Counted from the first letter of the stretch, positions 13,274-25,943 are shown. The stretch: DNA of 64,000 nt from Sarea resinae (GCA_026026165.1 JAPEUD010000045.1:1-64000); one strand, 5' to 3'. Made by a program: numbers and translations. The notes: generated from the sequence alone by a model not told the origin.

Positions 13274-16200
13274 CTAAATGTGCTCGGCATACTCTAGCAC
13301 GACGCTTTTAGGCTCCACAAACACCCCCAAAGGCTTGTAGACGATCTCATCGTACCCGAATGCTGCTGGGCCGCCGATTTCCAGACCTCGAGCCGTGTCG
13401 CTCCATCTTGGCGAACAGGTTATGCCCAGCACGATCACTTTCAAGCCATATCGAAACTCCGGCACGCCCAGTGCTTTGCCCGATTGCACATCCAGTACCG
13501 AGATCAGATCCGGAACTGAGGCGATGTACGTCTCCGTGCCATCGTCTGCTACGTGTTTGGCATAAATGTTCTCATTTTTGAATGGAATCTTCAGAGCCCC
13601 ACCCGCCACCATGGAGCTCATCAAGTCAGCTTTGCCCTCTTCTTCCTCGGCGGCGATGGGTACGATCGTGATCTCTCCATAGGAGTGGCCCTTCAATAAT
13701 CGTCTCTCGACAGCCGTGATCTTACCCCGAAACAAGATCTTCGCAGTAGAAGGGCCACCAATCTCTTCGATGATCTGTTCAGCTACATGGCTGATAGTAT
13801 TCTGTGTTCGAGACCGAGCGATACACCGGCCAATACGCCAGGCAAGAGACATAGTATTCATCACAGCATATTTGCGGACACGGTCTGTCGTGGTGGGTCT
13901 CGCTGCCATTCCCACTCGAGATCCCATCTCGGAGCAAGCGGCGCGAAGGGCACGATCGACGATTTCATCATCTGGGGCTTTGGACATGATAAGATTCTTG
14001 CCGTCGCCGGAGGCAATGGCGCATGGCACAAGTTGACCGGTTTCATGGACACAGAGGGTCGTTTGCCAGTACGTGGGATACGCTCGTCCCATCCAGTCGG
14101 CGTCGACGACTGGTCGATCGAAATTTTTCGAAGACCCCCATAAAAGAGGTTGTAATCCATTCCCTCCCCCAATCTCCAAGCCCATGACGGCATCGAATGA
14201 GTCGTGGCGCAGATAATCCATCAGCTCGTGAGCAGCATCGATTGATTCGCTGGCACCTACTCGCTCTACCGAGACAGCTGGCGAGCCCATGTGGCCACCC
14301 CCTATTATGCATCAGCAGCTGTATGATTGAATCTCGGGATTAGTCCAAAGAAGCCTCACAGTATATGATCGCATCGTCTGCCAACGCAGAGCTATCGACG
14401 ACTCTCATTACATAGCCTTCCCGTATCTGATCCCGAAGTTGGATGAATTCAGCGAATGGCGAACCGCCTCCTGCGCAGCCGAGCACGTAACAGCCGTCGG
14501 CGAGCCAAGTAACATCTCTTTCAGATATTATCCATTCCGGTATACCTGTTTGTCTGTTGTGGATGACTTTCGGTCGATATGAATCAATATCGACAGGTGT
14601 TTGAACGGGCCCTGATGATGGCTCGAGTTTCTGTATCTCTTCTTCGAAGGAGTCATCTGGTTCTTCTTTGTCCATCTCAGTGACAACTTGATTTGTCGAT
14701 AGCTCCCCAACTGCTCGGACGATGATTCGCACTTGATTAGCCATGTACTGCAATGGAATCGCGTCTACTTCCACTATCTTCACGGTGTTTCTTTGTGCTC
14801 CTGCCATGACAGCTCGCTCTATTGCCAGAGACTTGACGCGATCTGTAGCCTCCAGTACTGATTGGTGAGCTGTCTGTTGAACGTGGTCCACAGTCGCCCC
14901 CACATTGGCAATGGCGGCTCCCACAGCATTTGCAACTTCGAAGTACGGTGGTCGTGTGACTTCTGAGACTCCTGGAATATCCTCCGGTGCGATGATGGAT
15001 CCACCACCGACGAGCATAAGCGGTAAAGGATCCGGAGAGTTCTTCATGATATCGATTACTCCTGTCAAAAGAGACTTGATCGTGTCCTGCGCTTTTGACA
15101 CGGTAGCACTATCAAGGTCCAGCTCTGAAGAGGCGCCTTCAATCTTTGCTCCTGCGGCAATGCTAATATCCGTGGCGGTGAGTGCATCCCCTCCGAAAGC
15201 CCTTGCTTTCTCCGAAATAAAATGGCCTACGGAGTCTGGACCGACAGTGACGTTATCCTCCTTTACACGAACAATGGAACCGCCGCCCAAGCCAATGGAC
15301 TCCAAATGCGGCATACTATAGTTGATCCTCACTCCAGCTACGGTCGAGTATGCAGAGGCTTGACGTGGAAATCCAGACGACAACAAGACCCCACAATCCG
15401 TCGTCGTCCCACCAATATCCACGACAATGGTCGAGGTGCTGTCGCCGTCCTTTGGGCCGCTCAGCAATCCGCCCAGAAAGGCAGCGCCCCGCATGGAATT
15501 TGTGGCGCCAGATGAAAACGTCCGAATTGGCAATCGAGCCGCCTCCCCAGCTTCGACAAGCGTGCCATCATTCTGCGTGAGAAAAAGGCCGCACCGAAGC
15601 CCTAGCCCCTTCATGACGCTCTTCAATGCTCGAATCGTCCGCCTCGCAAACTTCATCATCCCCGCGTTTAGGATCGCAGCGTTCTCGCGCTCGAGAAAAC
15701 CCAAATTGGCGACTTCGCATGAACAGACCACATCCGTACCGCTGGGCATCTGTCGCAGAATGATATCGCGGACTTGATACTCTTGCTTGAAAACTTCATC
15801 GATGGGCGAGTAGACCCCCGCCACCACGACGGCAGATATGCCCTTCTCGCGCAGGACGGCACATTCGCGGACCACCTGCTCCTCTACTACGGGCGCCTCC
15901 TGCGACCCGTCCACGTGCAGCCCGCCATCGACGAATCCGTAGTACCCACACAGGATCGCTTTCAACTGAGGGGAAAAGTCGGAGAAGGGAGGCACCTCGC
16001 GCGTGAAACTGCGACTGAGGCGGATGATGCCCACGGGACTGAGCCGGCGCGTGTCGTGCTCGATCAAGGCGTTCAGGAAGTGCGTCGTCCCGATCGAGAG
16101 ATGTGAGATCTGCTCCGAGGCGGCGGGGACGTGTGCCGAGCTGAGGACGTGCGCGATGGCGGTCGTGATTCCGGGCGTTATGCTCGGGTGCGTGGTCGGC

Positions 16201-16364
16201 GTCTTGTGGGTTGCGAGGATGGCGGGGTTCGATGGAGTGGCGGTGGCGGAGGAGTTGGACGTGGAGGTGGAGGGGGGCAGAGCGAGCAAGACGGCGTCGG
16301 TGTTTGTGCCTCCGACGTCGACGCCTAGGCGGAGGATAGGCTGCGTCTGGGATGAGGTGGACAT
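13274..16364 (-). CDS. Hydantoinase A/oxoprolinase-family protein fused to a C-terminal DUF917 domain
   Basis: ATG 16364; GVDVGGTNTDAV, IGTTHFLNA, VVDIGGTTTD, IGLGGGS, VANAVGAA; intron 14359-14302 joins IIY-W-GGHMGSP; DUF917 motifs LGCAGGGSP, LEIGGGNG, DADWMGRAYP, PFKNEN, SVPDLI. Confidence 0.9.
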
Positions 16365-16994
16365 CTTTTGAGTTACATGCGACGCTAGAAGTGTGAAGAC
16401 AGAAAGAAGTGAGAAGGACAATGGCGCGGAGAGAGAGGAAAGTTGGAACCGAGTAGTAAAGATGCAATGCAAGAGAGGACCAATTATTAAATCAACGCAA
16501 GTAGAAAATCCGCTTCGATAATCGTGAATCTGATGATCTGAAACCTTGTTTCGAACTTCCTTTTCGTATTCTTGCCTTCTTTTTTTCTTCTTTTTGTTCT
16601 TTTTTGCGTTTTTCTGCGGCGAGGCGCAGAACAAAAGGTAAGGTGTTCTACTATGCTCGAGAACAGCCAATCCAACACGGGAAAATGAACGGATAGATAG
16701 ATATATAGTAGTACCAACCCCTCCCCGTCCTCTGCTTTTTCTTCTCCTCCTCCCGTCTTTCCAGCTCCAGCTCCAGCTCCAGTTCTAGCACCCTCTACTC
16801 ACAGGCGCCAGACTACCCTCCTCTTCTTAACTTATTTAATTCTCATCTACTGTCGCTGTTGGTCTAACCGCCTCATCTTACCACATCTCACCACCCCTGT
16901 TATTCCTTATTTCTTATTCCTTGATCCCCTGATCTCGTTTGCTCGATCGTGGTCGAGAGGAGTAACGGATACGGGATACGGGATACGGGGGGCG

Positions 16995-17270
16995 GACCGG
17001 GGGGAAAGTTGCCTTTTTCCCTTCTGCGGGATGAGACGAGACGAGCGATATATGTTGTGGTGTTGTGGTGTTGTGGTGTGGTGGTGGTATGGGCTTTGTT
17101 GATATTGCGAAAGAAGGAGAAGAAGAAGAAGAAGAAGACGAGAAGAGGAAATATAAGAGGAGAAGAGTTCCTAGGAACTAGAAGAAGAGGAGGAAGGAGA
17201 TATAAAGGTATCGGTAACTCGACATCCCATCCCATCCACATGTGCCTGTCTATCTACGTGCATATCCGCG

Positions 17271-17307
<37 letters not shown>

Positions 17308-17500
17308 TTCTGCCGGTGCGCCTGTCTGTCTGTGTGCCCCGCATCAAGCTTATCGGCCCCTCCCCCCCTTCCCCCCGCGCCCCGCCCCGCCCCGCCCTCC
17401 CCACCCTCCCGACCTCCCCCCTGGCCAACCACTATCAATGAACACTACATCAATGATCCCACTCACCATAATCCCCCACCGACCTGACCCCTGACCCCCG
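16995..17500. repeat. Microsatellite/low-complexity patch ((GAA)n, (TGTC)n, C-rich runs)
   Basis: (TGTC)n at ~17271-17302, (GAA)n at ~17118-17138, C-rich 17356-17420. Confidence 0.8.
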
Positions 17501-17559
17501 ACCCCTGACGCCAAGGTCGTGTCAAAACACAAACAACACAATATCTCCCTAGCACATAG

Positions 17560-18530
17560 TATGCAAGATATATGTATGTGCGAAGATATATGTACAAATA
17601 TATGTACGAAGATACCGTACTAATGTAGCCGAACAAACACAAACTAATGCATGCATAGACCCAGGGGTATTCCGAAGTCCCTTAGGTAAGGTAAGGTAGG
17701 GTAGAGTACCTAGATTAGAGAGCGCTCTCTTTTGTGGGTTTTGGATTTTTCATCTAGAGATAGCAAAACCCCCTGCTGGTGATAGCGATGCTGATGATGG
17801 TGGTTATTGTGGTGGTTATGGTTATGGTGAAGCTTTTATTAGTAGTATATACCTAGTATCACTGTATCGCTAATACTGACCCCCTGCCCGCCTGTTGCCT
17901 GCTAGCTTGCCTGCCGCTCTACGATCCAAGATGCAAAATTGCAAAGACAGAGGCAGATATATACTCTAGAAGCTAGTTCTCTCTATTCCTGATTCGGGTT
18001 TCCCACTACTTCTTCATCTTATCCTATCTTATCTCGACAAATACCACTAATAAACAGACATCTTTACCCTAATCTAGATACCTATCTAGGCCTCTAAGTC
18101 TCTATCTGTTTGTTTAATTATACTGTTAACTAATACTATTAATGCTATTAATACTAATTAACTCTTTTGATAGTTATCATAAATAATATCTGAGAGTCTT
18201 CCCTTACGTTTTTCTCTATTTATAAGAGAGTAGAGGAGGATAGAAGGGAGAGATAAAAGAGACAAGGGTTCATGTAACTTGGGACGGAATTTTCTAATAC
18301 CTACCTATTTACCTGTTACCTGTTACCTGTTATTTGCTAATTATCTATTAATCGCTATATATCTGCTAGTATATAGTAAGGTAGGTAGTATAGTATAGCA
18401 TAGTAACAGAAGAGTTCACAGATAGAGGTTGTATGCCTTGCTTGCTATCTACAGTAGGTAAGGTAGGTTGGCTTAAGTTAGAGGATTAGCAAAGGGTCTA
18501 GGGTAGTCAAAACGAGCTAGGGTAGTCGAA
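17560..18530. other. AT-rich, TpA-rich RIP-like island
   Basis: No ORF of 60 aa or more across it; dense TA/TAG/CTA and visibly few CA/TG; composition estimated by eye. Confidence 0.55.
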
Positions 18531-18702
18531 GGATCTGGTGACTAGGTATGCACCTAAACAAATGCGAATGCGAATGCGAAGGAGGAAAAGAAACAGTATA
18601 GGACTGGACGGGACGGGACGGGATGAGATGGAATGGAATGGGTGTTCTGGCTCTGCTGGGCTTGCTTTTTTTTTTCTCGCCTTCTTTCTTTCTTTCTAGG
18701 AA

Positions 18703-18704
<2 letters not shown>

Positions 18705-18735
<31 letters not shown>
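18705..18735 (+). repeat. Poly-G tract (G31)
   Basis: Read directly from the sequence. Confidence 0.95.
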
Positions 18736-18736
<1 letters not shown>

Positions 18737-19041
18737 GGTAAATGCACGATTGCATGATGGCATGCTTGCAAGGGTCGATTTGCATGTTTATGGTATCGAA
18801 GGTGATTATAAAGGAGGTTGCCAGGCAGGGGGTCTTATTATGTGTAGATATCTCATCATGTCGAAAGGCATTGCGAGTCACGGTCTACTTTGGGGGGGAA
18901 AAAGGATATTATACTCGTCTATCGAGTCAAGAAGTCGCTGATAGCAGAGAAGCTGACGATCAACTGATCAATATCAAATAACAGCACGTAGCTATCCAGG
19001 AAGAGTTCTCGACAAGAGCCATATATGGAATGTGAAGAGCC

Positions 19042-20367
19042 CTAAAGCCGGCGACGTCTCAGGACGGCATCGATAGACACGACGATCGTGTTCGCCAGCT
19101 CCAAGACTTCGGCCTCGCTGATGATGAACGGGGGCGCGACCATGAAGGCATCTACAACGGACGAACAAACAAGGACGGCAACCCCCCTCTTGAAGCACTC
19201 ACCCGACACATCCTCTGCCAGCGCACCGCCCGAATATTCGGCACCCGTCTTGCCAAAGCTCACGGCCTGGAATAATCCCAGCCCCCGGATCTCGATCTCG
19301 ACTTCTTTCGGCAAGCCGTTTCGGATGGACGAGACAAGAAGTTGCCCCCTTTTCACTACGTTCTCGAGCAAGCCATCCCGCTTGATGACTGTCTGTGTTG
19401 CTAACGCCGCCGCACACCCGATGGAGTGCCCTTGGTATGTCTGGCCATGCACAAAGGGGCTCGTCTCAGACGCTTTCAGGATCTCGGCGTGGACTTCTTC
19501 GGAGACCAAAACTGCGGAGATCGGCTGGTAACCTCCACCAAGCCCCTTCGCATTCGCCTGAAGGTGAGGCGCAACACCACCAAGACTTTGCCACGCGTGG
19601 AATGTCCCCACTCTTCCCATGCCACACATGACTTCGTCGAAGATCAGCAGGATGCCGAATTCCTCGCAGAGCGACTTGAGACGCGGCAGATAGTTTCGAG
19701 TAGCCGGAACACATCCTAAACTCATGCCCACGACAGGCTCGACGATGATGGCCGCGACCGTATGCGGACCCAGTTCTTGGATCTTCTCTCGGAACTCTTC
19801 AAGCAGCCTATCCTCGTACTCGGCTTCATTTGCTCCATGGCCACCGTCACGCGAATAGAAGCACGGGCTGACGTGATGGAACGTCTTGCTCAACATGGGC
19901 TCATATGGGGCGCGTCGATCCGGATGAAATCCAGCAGCCAACGCACCGAGCGTGTTCCCATGGTACGAAGACACTCGGCCGATGACGTTGACTCTGGCGT
20001 CTTCAGCCCGGGAGAGATGAAACTGTCGCGCGATCTTGATCGCGCTCTCGACCGCCTCGGCGCCCGAGGAGAGAAACATGACCTTTGCGAAGGCGCCATG
20101 GCTCTGGTCCAGCAGGAGGTCGGCGAGCCGCTCGGCCGCCGTCGAGGTGAAGAAGGCTGTGTGTGCGTATGCCATCGTCTGGGCTTGCGCAACGATGGCT
20201 TCTATGACCTCGGCATGGCCGTGCCCAAGACACGATACCGCAGCTCCGCTGCAGCCGTCGAGGACCCTTCTTCCGTCTGCCGTGTGCAGGTAGACGCCTT
20301 TTCCTCCTGTTGCTGGAGGGTAGGCCTTGGAGAGCGACCGGTGAAAGATGGACGTTTGGGGAGACAT
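19042..20367 (-). CDS. Class III PLP-dependent aminotransferase (intronless)
   Basis: ATG 20367 (MSPQTSIFHRSL); DGCSGAAVSCLGHGH, SSGAEAVESAIK, SYHGNT, IVEPVVG, LIFDEVMCGMGRVG, PLP lysine in NAKGLGGGY, HGQTYQGH. Confidence 0.92.
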   Translation of the reverse strand: MSPQTSIFHRSLSKAYPPATGGKGVYLHTADGRRVLDGCSGAAVSCLGHGHAEVIEAIVAQAQTMAYAHTAFFTSTAAERLADLLLDQSHGAFAKVMFLSSGAEAVESAIKIARQFHLSRAEDARVNVIGRVSSYHGNTLGALAAGFHPDRRAPYEPMLSKTFHHVSPCFYSRDGGHGANEAEYEDRLLEEFREKIQELGPHTVAAIIVEPVVGMSLGCVPATRNYLPRLKSLCEEFGILLIFDEVMCGMGRVGTFHAWQSLGGVAPHLQANAKGLGGGYQPISAVLVSEEVHAEILKASETSPFVHGQTYQGHSIGCAAALATQTVIKRDGLLENVVKRGQLLVSSIRNGLPKEVEIEIRGLGLFQAVSFGKTGAEYSGGALAEDVSGECFKRGVAVLVCSSVVDAFMVAPPFIISEAEVLELANTIVVSIDAVLRRRRL

Positions 20368-20633
20368 GTTGGTGACCGATTTGATTGATTCGAGAGCTGT
20401 CGCCAAAAAGCGAGGGAAACAGGAAGAGAGAGAAAGTAGCGGGTGCGAAGTGATGTGTAGAAAAGACAAAATGCAGATTTCAAATGCAAGCTTGAGCAAG
20501 AAACGAACGACGTTTATATAGCCATCCATCCTTCCATCCATCTATTCATTCACTCATCTATCCATGCCGTCCATGTCATCCCGCTCGTCCGTTCCGCTGT
20601 GAGTGTTCGTAACCGTGAAACATTTCATGTACC

Positions 20634-20744
20634 ATGACGCCCTTTAAATGGGACCCGTACACGACGGCTTTGAAATCAAGTCGGGGAAATGACGCCCTCG
20701 CGAGAGTAAGATGACGCCCTCGAGTCGACAAAATGACGCCCTCG
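20634..20744. promoter_or_regulatory. Phased array of ATGACGCCCT(CG) elements upstream of the aminotransferase
   Basis: Copies at 20634, 20689, 20711, 20733; the last three are exactly 22 bp apart with unrelated spacers. Confidence 0.6.
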
Positions 20745-21787
20745 AGAAAGGGTACCTGATAGCTGATTCCTCATCTGCACCCCGCGCTGGGGACCCGCCT
20801 TATACATACATGAGCGTGAGCAGGACAGTGACATTGCTAGTACGTACGCCGAATCAATTGCTCACACCCTACTAACTCACTACCTGCCACGAGGCGGAGA
20901 ACTGGATGACATCCTATCTCATGTGTGCTGATTAGAATTGGTATGCTTTGGTTTGTCGGGTGTCAATGGATGTTGGCATGTATTTCGTACTCGAGTATTG
21001 CAAAGTATCTTCGTGTACATACAGCATTTTTTTCCTTGGTTGAAACGGGTGTCGATCGAAGCTGCGAAGAAAACATACTGAAACGGAGCAAGCAAGCACG
21101 CATGCATGAAATCTAGTCAAGCCATCATATATCTCGTAATCAATGACAAGCAGGCCAAACACTCATTGAAATTGGCCAAGATGTCCCGTATTTTTGCGTC
21201 CATTCCGCTATATACTATGCCGAGAAATCCCAACCCCCACCCGTCTGTCCGTCCGTCTACACCTGCAAATGCAAAGGTCGCCAGTCCCAGGAAACGAACA
21301 ACCCAAATCAAAGGTAAAAAAGCACACGAAGAAGATAAAAAAATTTGAGGGAAAAGAGAAATGTTTTTCGTAATATGGATGATATGAGATGGATGACCTG
21401 TCCCCGATCCCACCCAGCCAGGCCTTCAGACCGCATCATCTACCCGTATGTCCCTTTCTCTAGCCTCCCCGATCGATCCGTCCCATCCATACCTTAGGTT
21501 CGTGACGTCGTTAAATTTGAAAGAAGAAAGATGAGTATAAAGGTTTGCGAGGAGTTCTGAATATTCCCTGTATAGCACATATCGTCGCCTCGCCCAGAAA
21601 AGGGGACATGCAACCGCGGACAGACGAATAGTGCGAGATAGCCAGATGCAAACGCCACCCACGAGCCAAGCCCAACAAGAATTTTCTCCCGTCTAAACAA
21701 TCCAAGTGTAGAATAATAGATTTATAAAAAGAGTAGCGATGAGCAGACCTGTCGTATTTGCAGGGTTTTTGAGTTACATCGGGTTCA

Positions 21788-24328
21788 TCATCTGCGCAGA
21801 TGGATTCGCCGCAGCGTAGACTTCGATCGATCCTTGAACGCGCTACTACCATCATCTGCATTGTTCCTCGTCTTGGGCCTGACAGCACTAGATTTAGCAC
21901 TCAGTTTCGCCCTCTCCTCGGCATATAGAGCCCGTCTCTCCTTTCTCCGTTGCTCAATGGTCTCCTGACTCAGATGACCGAAGCCATTCCTCCGCCGAAA
22001 ACACGCTTCCATGAGCGCGTTGGCATCAATAAGCCGACGTGGGATGGTCTGCACGACTTGGAAAATCTCCATGGGATCATTGACAGCTCTAATTTCGGGC
22101 TCGCCAACTTTAAAGATGGCAAGGGCAATTCGGAAAAGCGTCTTGCTTCCCTCATAGAAAAACGAATCCCAAACGCGGAGGGTAGTCTCGATAGGTAAAG
22201 TGCCGATAAAGCAGCTCATGAACCAGGCAGTGGTGCAGAGAGTAATGGGCGGAAGCCGGGTGCTGGTTCTACCGCTTCCAGCAGTGCCGTCAAGCTCGCC
22301 GCCAACTTTGGTCCAGATCGTTGGCATGGATTCTTTGATGCTGATCATAAGAACTCCAAGATCGACATTTGCACCTTCGAGGTTAACTTCATGTGTGCCA
22401 GGGAGGTAGATTTGCGTGATTATCTGCATCATCCAGAATGCCTTCTCTTCTTCCATAAAGAGTAGAAGAAGCCCAGCGAGGAAGTTGAGCGACTGGCAGT
22501 ATCCGATCTTTGGGTTCTGAATTGAGAAAGCATGGAGGACCCGCCGCAAAGACTTCAATATGGGCGTCTCCGGCTCTTCATCTTTAGGAACATCCAGATC
22601 ATCAGCGCTCGTCGAATCGGGCTTGAATCTGATGTTGTCCGGGAAAGTTCGATGCAAGTCGCGCTCAATTAGCTCCTTGTCTCCTTCACTCATCTGTCCA
22701 GTCTCTGCTGCTTCCATCAGGCGTCGATAAAGCCCCGCATTCTTCTGCATAAGCTTATAGCCGCCTGCATACCAAAACCAGGCAGCTCCGCGCCATTCGG
22801 GGGGAATACCCTTCCGGATAAAGCGTTTAACTTTGTTAGACTTGGCCGGGAAGCGAGTAGGATTGTCGGTGGATAACCCAGATTCTTTGAGGAAGGTCGT
22901 CCATTTCGACTTTCGTCTTTCCAGATGGGCCAAATACCCTCCTTCCCAAGCATTGTACTGTGCCAAGGTCACATACTGAGTGGCTTTCTTGAAGCCATAG
23001 CGGTCTCGAGGTTCTTTCGGGATCGCTGCAGGGAAGCCCACCTTTGCAGGCTCCTTTGTCGGCGCATGTTTCATTGCCGGCGATAGTGGTGATGGTGGTG
23101 GTGGTGGTGGTGCTGCTGCTTCTGTTGCTGGTTGCCGTCCGATATCGTGACCAGGAGGCTTATCAATTATAGGCGCTTTCGCTGGCTTTTCGGTACTGTT
23201 CGAACAATTGGAAGCACCCGCTAGCGCAGTGGTGGATTCGATCGTCTGAGTTGGCTCCTGCGTCGGCTGCCGATCATCTATTGGAACTCCGTCCTGAGGC
23301 GTAGTGTCTTCTCCATGGCTGCTCCAATCGTCCGTGAACCCATCCGCATACATTCCTATAGCATCGTCCACGCTCATTCCCTCATCCCGAATCTCTGGCT
23401 CTTCATTCGCGAAATCACTTGTTGAGCTACTTCGCGTCAAAACACTGCTCCTCTCTGTACCACTGGTCTCCAGATAGCTTGAAGCCGTGGTCATGGCTGA
23501 TCGTAGACTTGATCTGACCTCGTCGTTATTACGTCCATCCTGCCACAAGAGAGGCTCGCGCCTGAGAGAGAAGTGGTTGCTGTTTCGAGGGCTCGGCCCT
23601 CTTTCAGATCGCCAATTCAGAAGAGGTCTGCGCGGAGTCCGAACAGAGCCGTAGTCCGGGACGGACGCCATAGAGCGCAAGGGATGTGGTATAGGAAGAG
23701 AATGTTGTGACGAGGTGGATGCGCCTCTATCTCGTGACAGAGGTGAGGTCAATTGTGTAGCTGAAGATGAATCTTTTTGCAAGGTCACGGGTCCGGGTGA
23801 TTTACGGAGAGGTCTCGATCGACTCCGTTGTTGCAGTGACGCATTACTCAGTCGGCGCGGGCGTCCTCGAAATGCGGTCTCAGTTGGAGAAGGAACCTCC
23901 GGAGTCAGCCTTCCTGTGGGTGTCAGGGAAGGGCTAATGTTCCCACTCTGCAGACGTGATTCCTCCGGTTGTAGCCTTTCACTGGAAGCACCTAGTAGGG
24001 GAGACGGCGGATGAGCACCGTTCGTACCTTCGGACCTGAGAGAACGGTCCTTTCGGCCCCGCGATTCCAACTTCCCAGCTCCTCCCGTAGTATCAGGTTC
24101 TAAAGGCGGTTTATAGGCGATATAAGTCGGAGATCTTGGTATCGTGCCATGCGTTGGTGAACGCGGCATTCTCGAGCTCACTGAAACAGCTGAGGATGGA
24201 GAAGTATCAATATTCGCAGGCGGATGTAGGACGTGGTTGTTCGGGTGTCGTTTCGTTCGTCGAGTAGCAATCCCCATACTCCCACCAACGGGCGGTTCTC
24301 GATCTCCATTCACCATGTCCATCTTCAT
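21788..24328 (-). CDS. GYP3: TBC-domain Rab GTPase-activating protein, Gyp3/Msb3-like
   Basis: RDRYGFKK, KRFIRKGIPPEWRGAAW, IERDLHRTFP (R finger), IGYCQSLNF (Q finger), LPIETTLRVWD; long disordered N-terminus; exact start uncertain. Confidence 0.88.
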   Translation of the reverse strand: MKMDMVNGDREPPVGGSMGIATRRTKRHPNNHVLHPPANIDTSPSSAVSVSSRMPRSPTHGTIPRSPTYIAYKPPLEPDTTGGAGKLESRGRKDRSLRSEGTNGAHPPSPLLGASSERLQPEESRLQSGNISPSLTPTGRLTPEVPSPTETAFRGRPRRLSNASLQQRSRSRPLRKSPGPVTLQKDSSSATQLTSPLSRDRGASTSSQHSLPIPHPLRSMASVPDYGSVRTPRRPLLNWRSERGPSPRNSNHFSLRREPLLWQDGRNNDEVRSSLRSAMTTASSYLETSGTERSSVLTRSSSTSDFANEEPEIRDEGMSVDDAIGMYADGFTDDWSSHGEDTTPQDGVPIDDRQPTQEPTQTIESTTALAGASNCSNSTEKPAKAPIIDKPPGHDIGRQPATEAAAPPPPPPSPLSPAMKHAPTKEPAKVGFPAAIPKEPRDRYGFKKATQYVTLAQYNAWEGGYLAHLERRKSKWTTFLKESGLSTDNPTRFPAKSNKVKRFIRKGIPPEWRGAAWFWYAGGYKLMQKNAGLYRRLMEAAETGQMSEGDKELIERDLHRTFPDNIRFKPDSTSADDLDVPKDEEPETPILKSLRRVLHAFSIQNPKIGYCQSLNFLAGLLLLFMEEEKAFWMMQIITQIYLPGTHEVNLEGANVDLGVLMISIKESMPTIWTKVGGELDGTAGSGRTSTRLPPITLCTTAWFMSCFIGTLPIETTLRVWDSFFYEGSKTLFRIALAIFKVGEPEIRAVNDPMEIFQVVQTIPRRLIDANALMEACFRRRNGFGHLSQETIEQRRKERRALYAEERAKLSAKSSAVRPKTRNNADDGSSAFKDRSKSTLRRIHLRR

Positions 24329-25943
24329 AGTGCCGCGAGATAGCAAACATGAGCGTCAGATGATGTCGTCGCGAAGAGGCTCCTCCACATGAATCTGTGA
24401 CCAGGGCGTCAATTGAAACCTGAGAGGGAGCTACCCGTGCGAGATGAAATGGTCCACCTCGACCGGACGGGCGGCTAATGGATGCCGCCAAGAACAGGAC
24501 TCTTCTGAGGCTTTGCAATAGGACAATGTCCAAGCAGCCATAGGTGAGCTCGTCGGACAGATCTGCTATGTCGATCGGCCAATCGTATTCAAGAGAGAGG
24601 GTCTGCAGCAAGGCAGGCGGAGGAAGGGAATGATGGCAAAGATTGAGAAACTGGGTTTGGTTTCAGCAGCTGAGCGACGACATGATGTGTAGAAGAGTCG
24701 ACATGGGGGTCGTTGGGGGAGAAGAGAGCTCGCGAGCGAGCAAGCAAGCAAGCAAACTCTCAAGCAGGTCGGTCGATCAAGCTGATCAGATCGGTCGAGT
24801 CAATCAAGCAAGCAAGCAATCAATCAATCTCAAACGCGAGCAAGATCTGATTGGGGTTGCCCTAATAATGTAGGGTTCTCGGGAGTATTGGTGGTGGTGG
24901 TGGTGGTGGTGATTGTTGATTTCCACAGGGAGGTAGAGAGGTCAAGTACGGGTACCACAGAAGTATACAGATGTCTGAGGCAATCCCGAATACCGGTAGA
25001 GTCAAGCAAGGTACGAATACGGCCAACCTCGAAGCCGGCATTCAGGTATCTACTGCACAGTACGCTGCTCCGTGGACATAGATGGGTACAGACCTAGAGT
25101 ATGAAATACTTCGTCGGTACCCGACTCTGCCCACTCCCTACGAGTCCCCCGTTTGCCTGCTTTGACCCCCGTTACGCTCCCGTCTCACGCTCGTACACAC
25201 TCCCTGTCAACACTCCCTGACTCCTGCGTATTCGTACTTCATACACGCGGAACAAACCTTGGAAGTCAAAGCAATCGAAATTACCTAGCCGGAGATTACG
25301 ATTACACTCAATGCACCACTCACTCCCCAAACACAATAGTCCTCCGTACCATGGCTTTGCATTGATACCACTGCACAGATCTATCGTGCTCGATGGTCTT
25401 GTTTTTCATCGGTTCCAAGCAAAAAGAGACGCCCCAGATCTCTGATACCGTACAAGGGGGAAATGAGATACATGCGCCGAGTATATGCTTCTCTCTCGCT
25501 TTCCCAACAGCCATGGTGAAGGTATGCGTGCCACATTCTTCTGCCGATTCATAAATCATCATCATTGGTCACTACATCCTATCCGAGACCCCTGAATCCG
25601 CCCTGATTCCGGGAAGGATTAGGGCTTTATCTCGATGCTTGCAACCCGACAACGCGTGAGATACGCGTTGGAGATCGTATCTTTTCTACATGCCATTGTG
25701 CTGATTCGCAACCGCTCCTCGACTGCGGATCCAACTCTATCTGCCACGGGCTAATGCTTGCTCCGGTCATCGTGCTTCTCATATCGCCCGATCTTCATCC
25801 GGCTATCTAAACGTTCGAGTCGGTCATCATCACAGCACAAACGCAATGGCCCATGCATCTGCCTTCGTAACACCATCGATTGTGTAACCCCTCATCTGAT
25901 GTCGTTCGTATCCATGGCCAGAGCTATCCTCCCGCTCAGCTCA

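Noticed and set aside
16365..16670. N-terminal extension of the hydantoinase ORF (likewise 20368-20541 for the aminotransferase)
   Set aside because: Low-complexity, UTR-like translation; family similarity starts at the downstream ATG
20689..20744. Repeat-spacer pattern resembling a mini CRISPR array
   Set aside because: Eukaryotic context, 12-bp repeats with 10-bp spacers and no cas genes; treated as a promoter array
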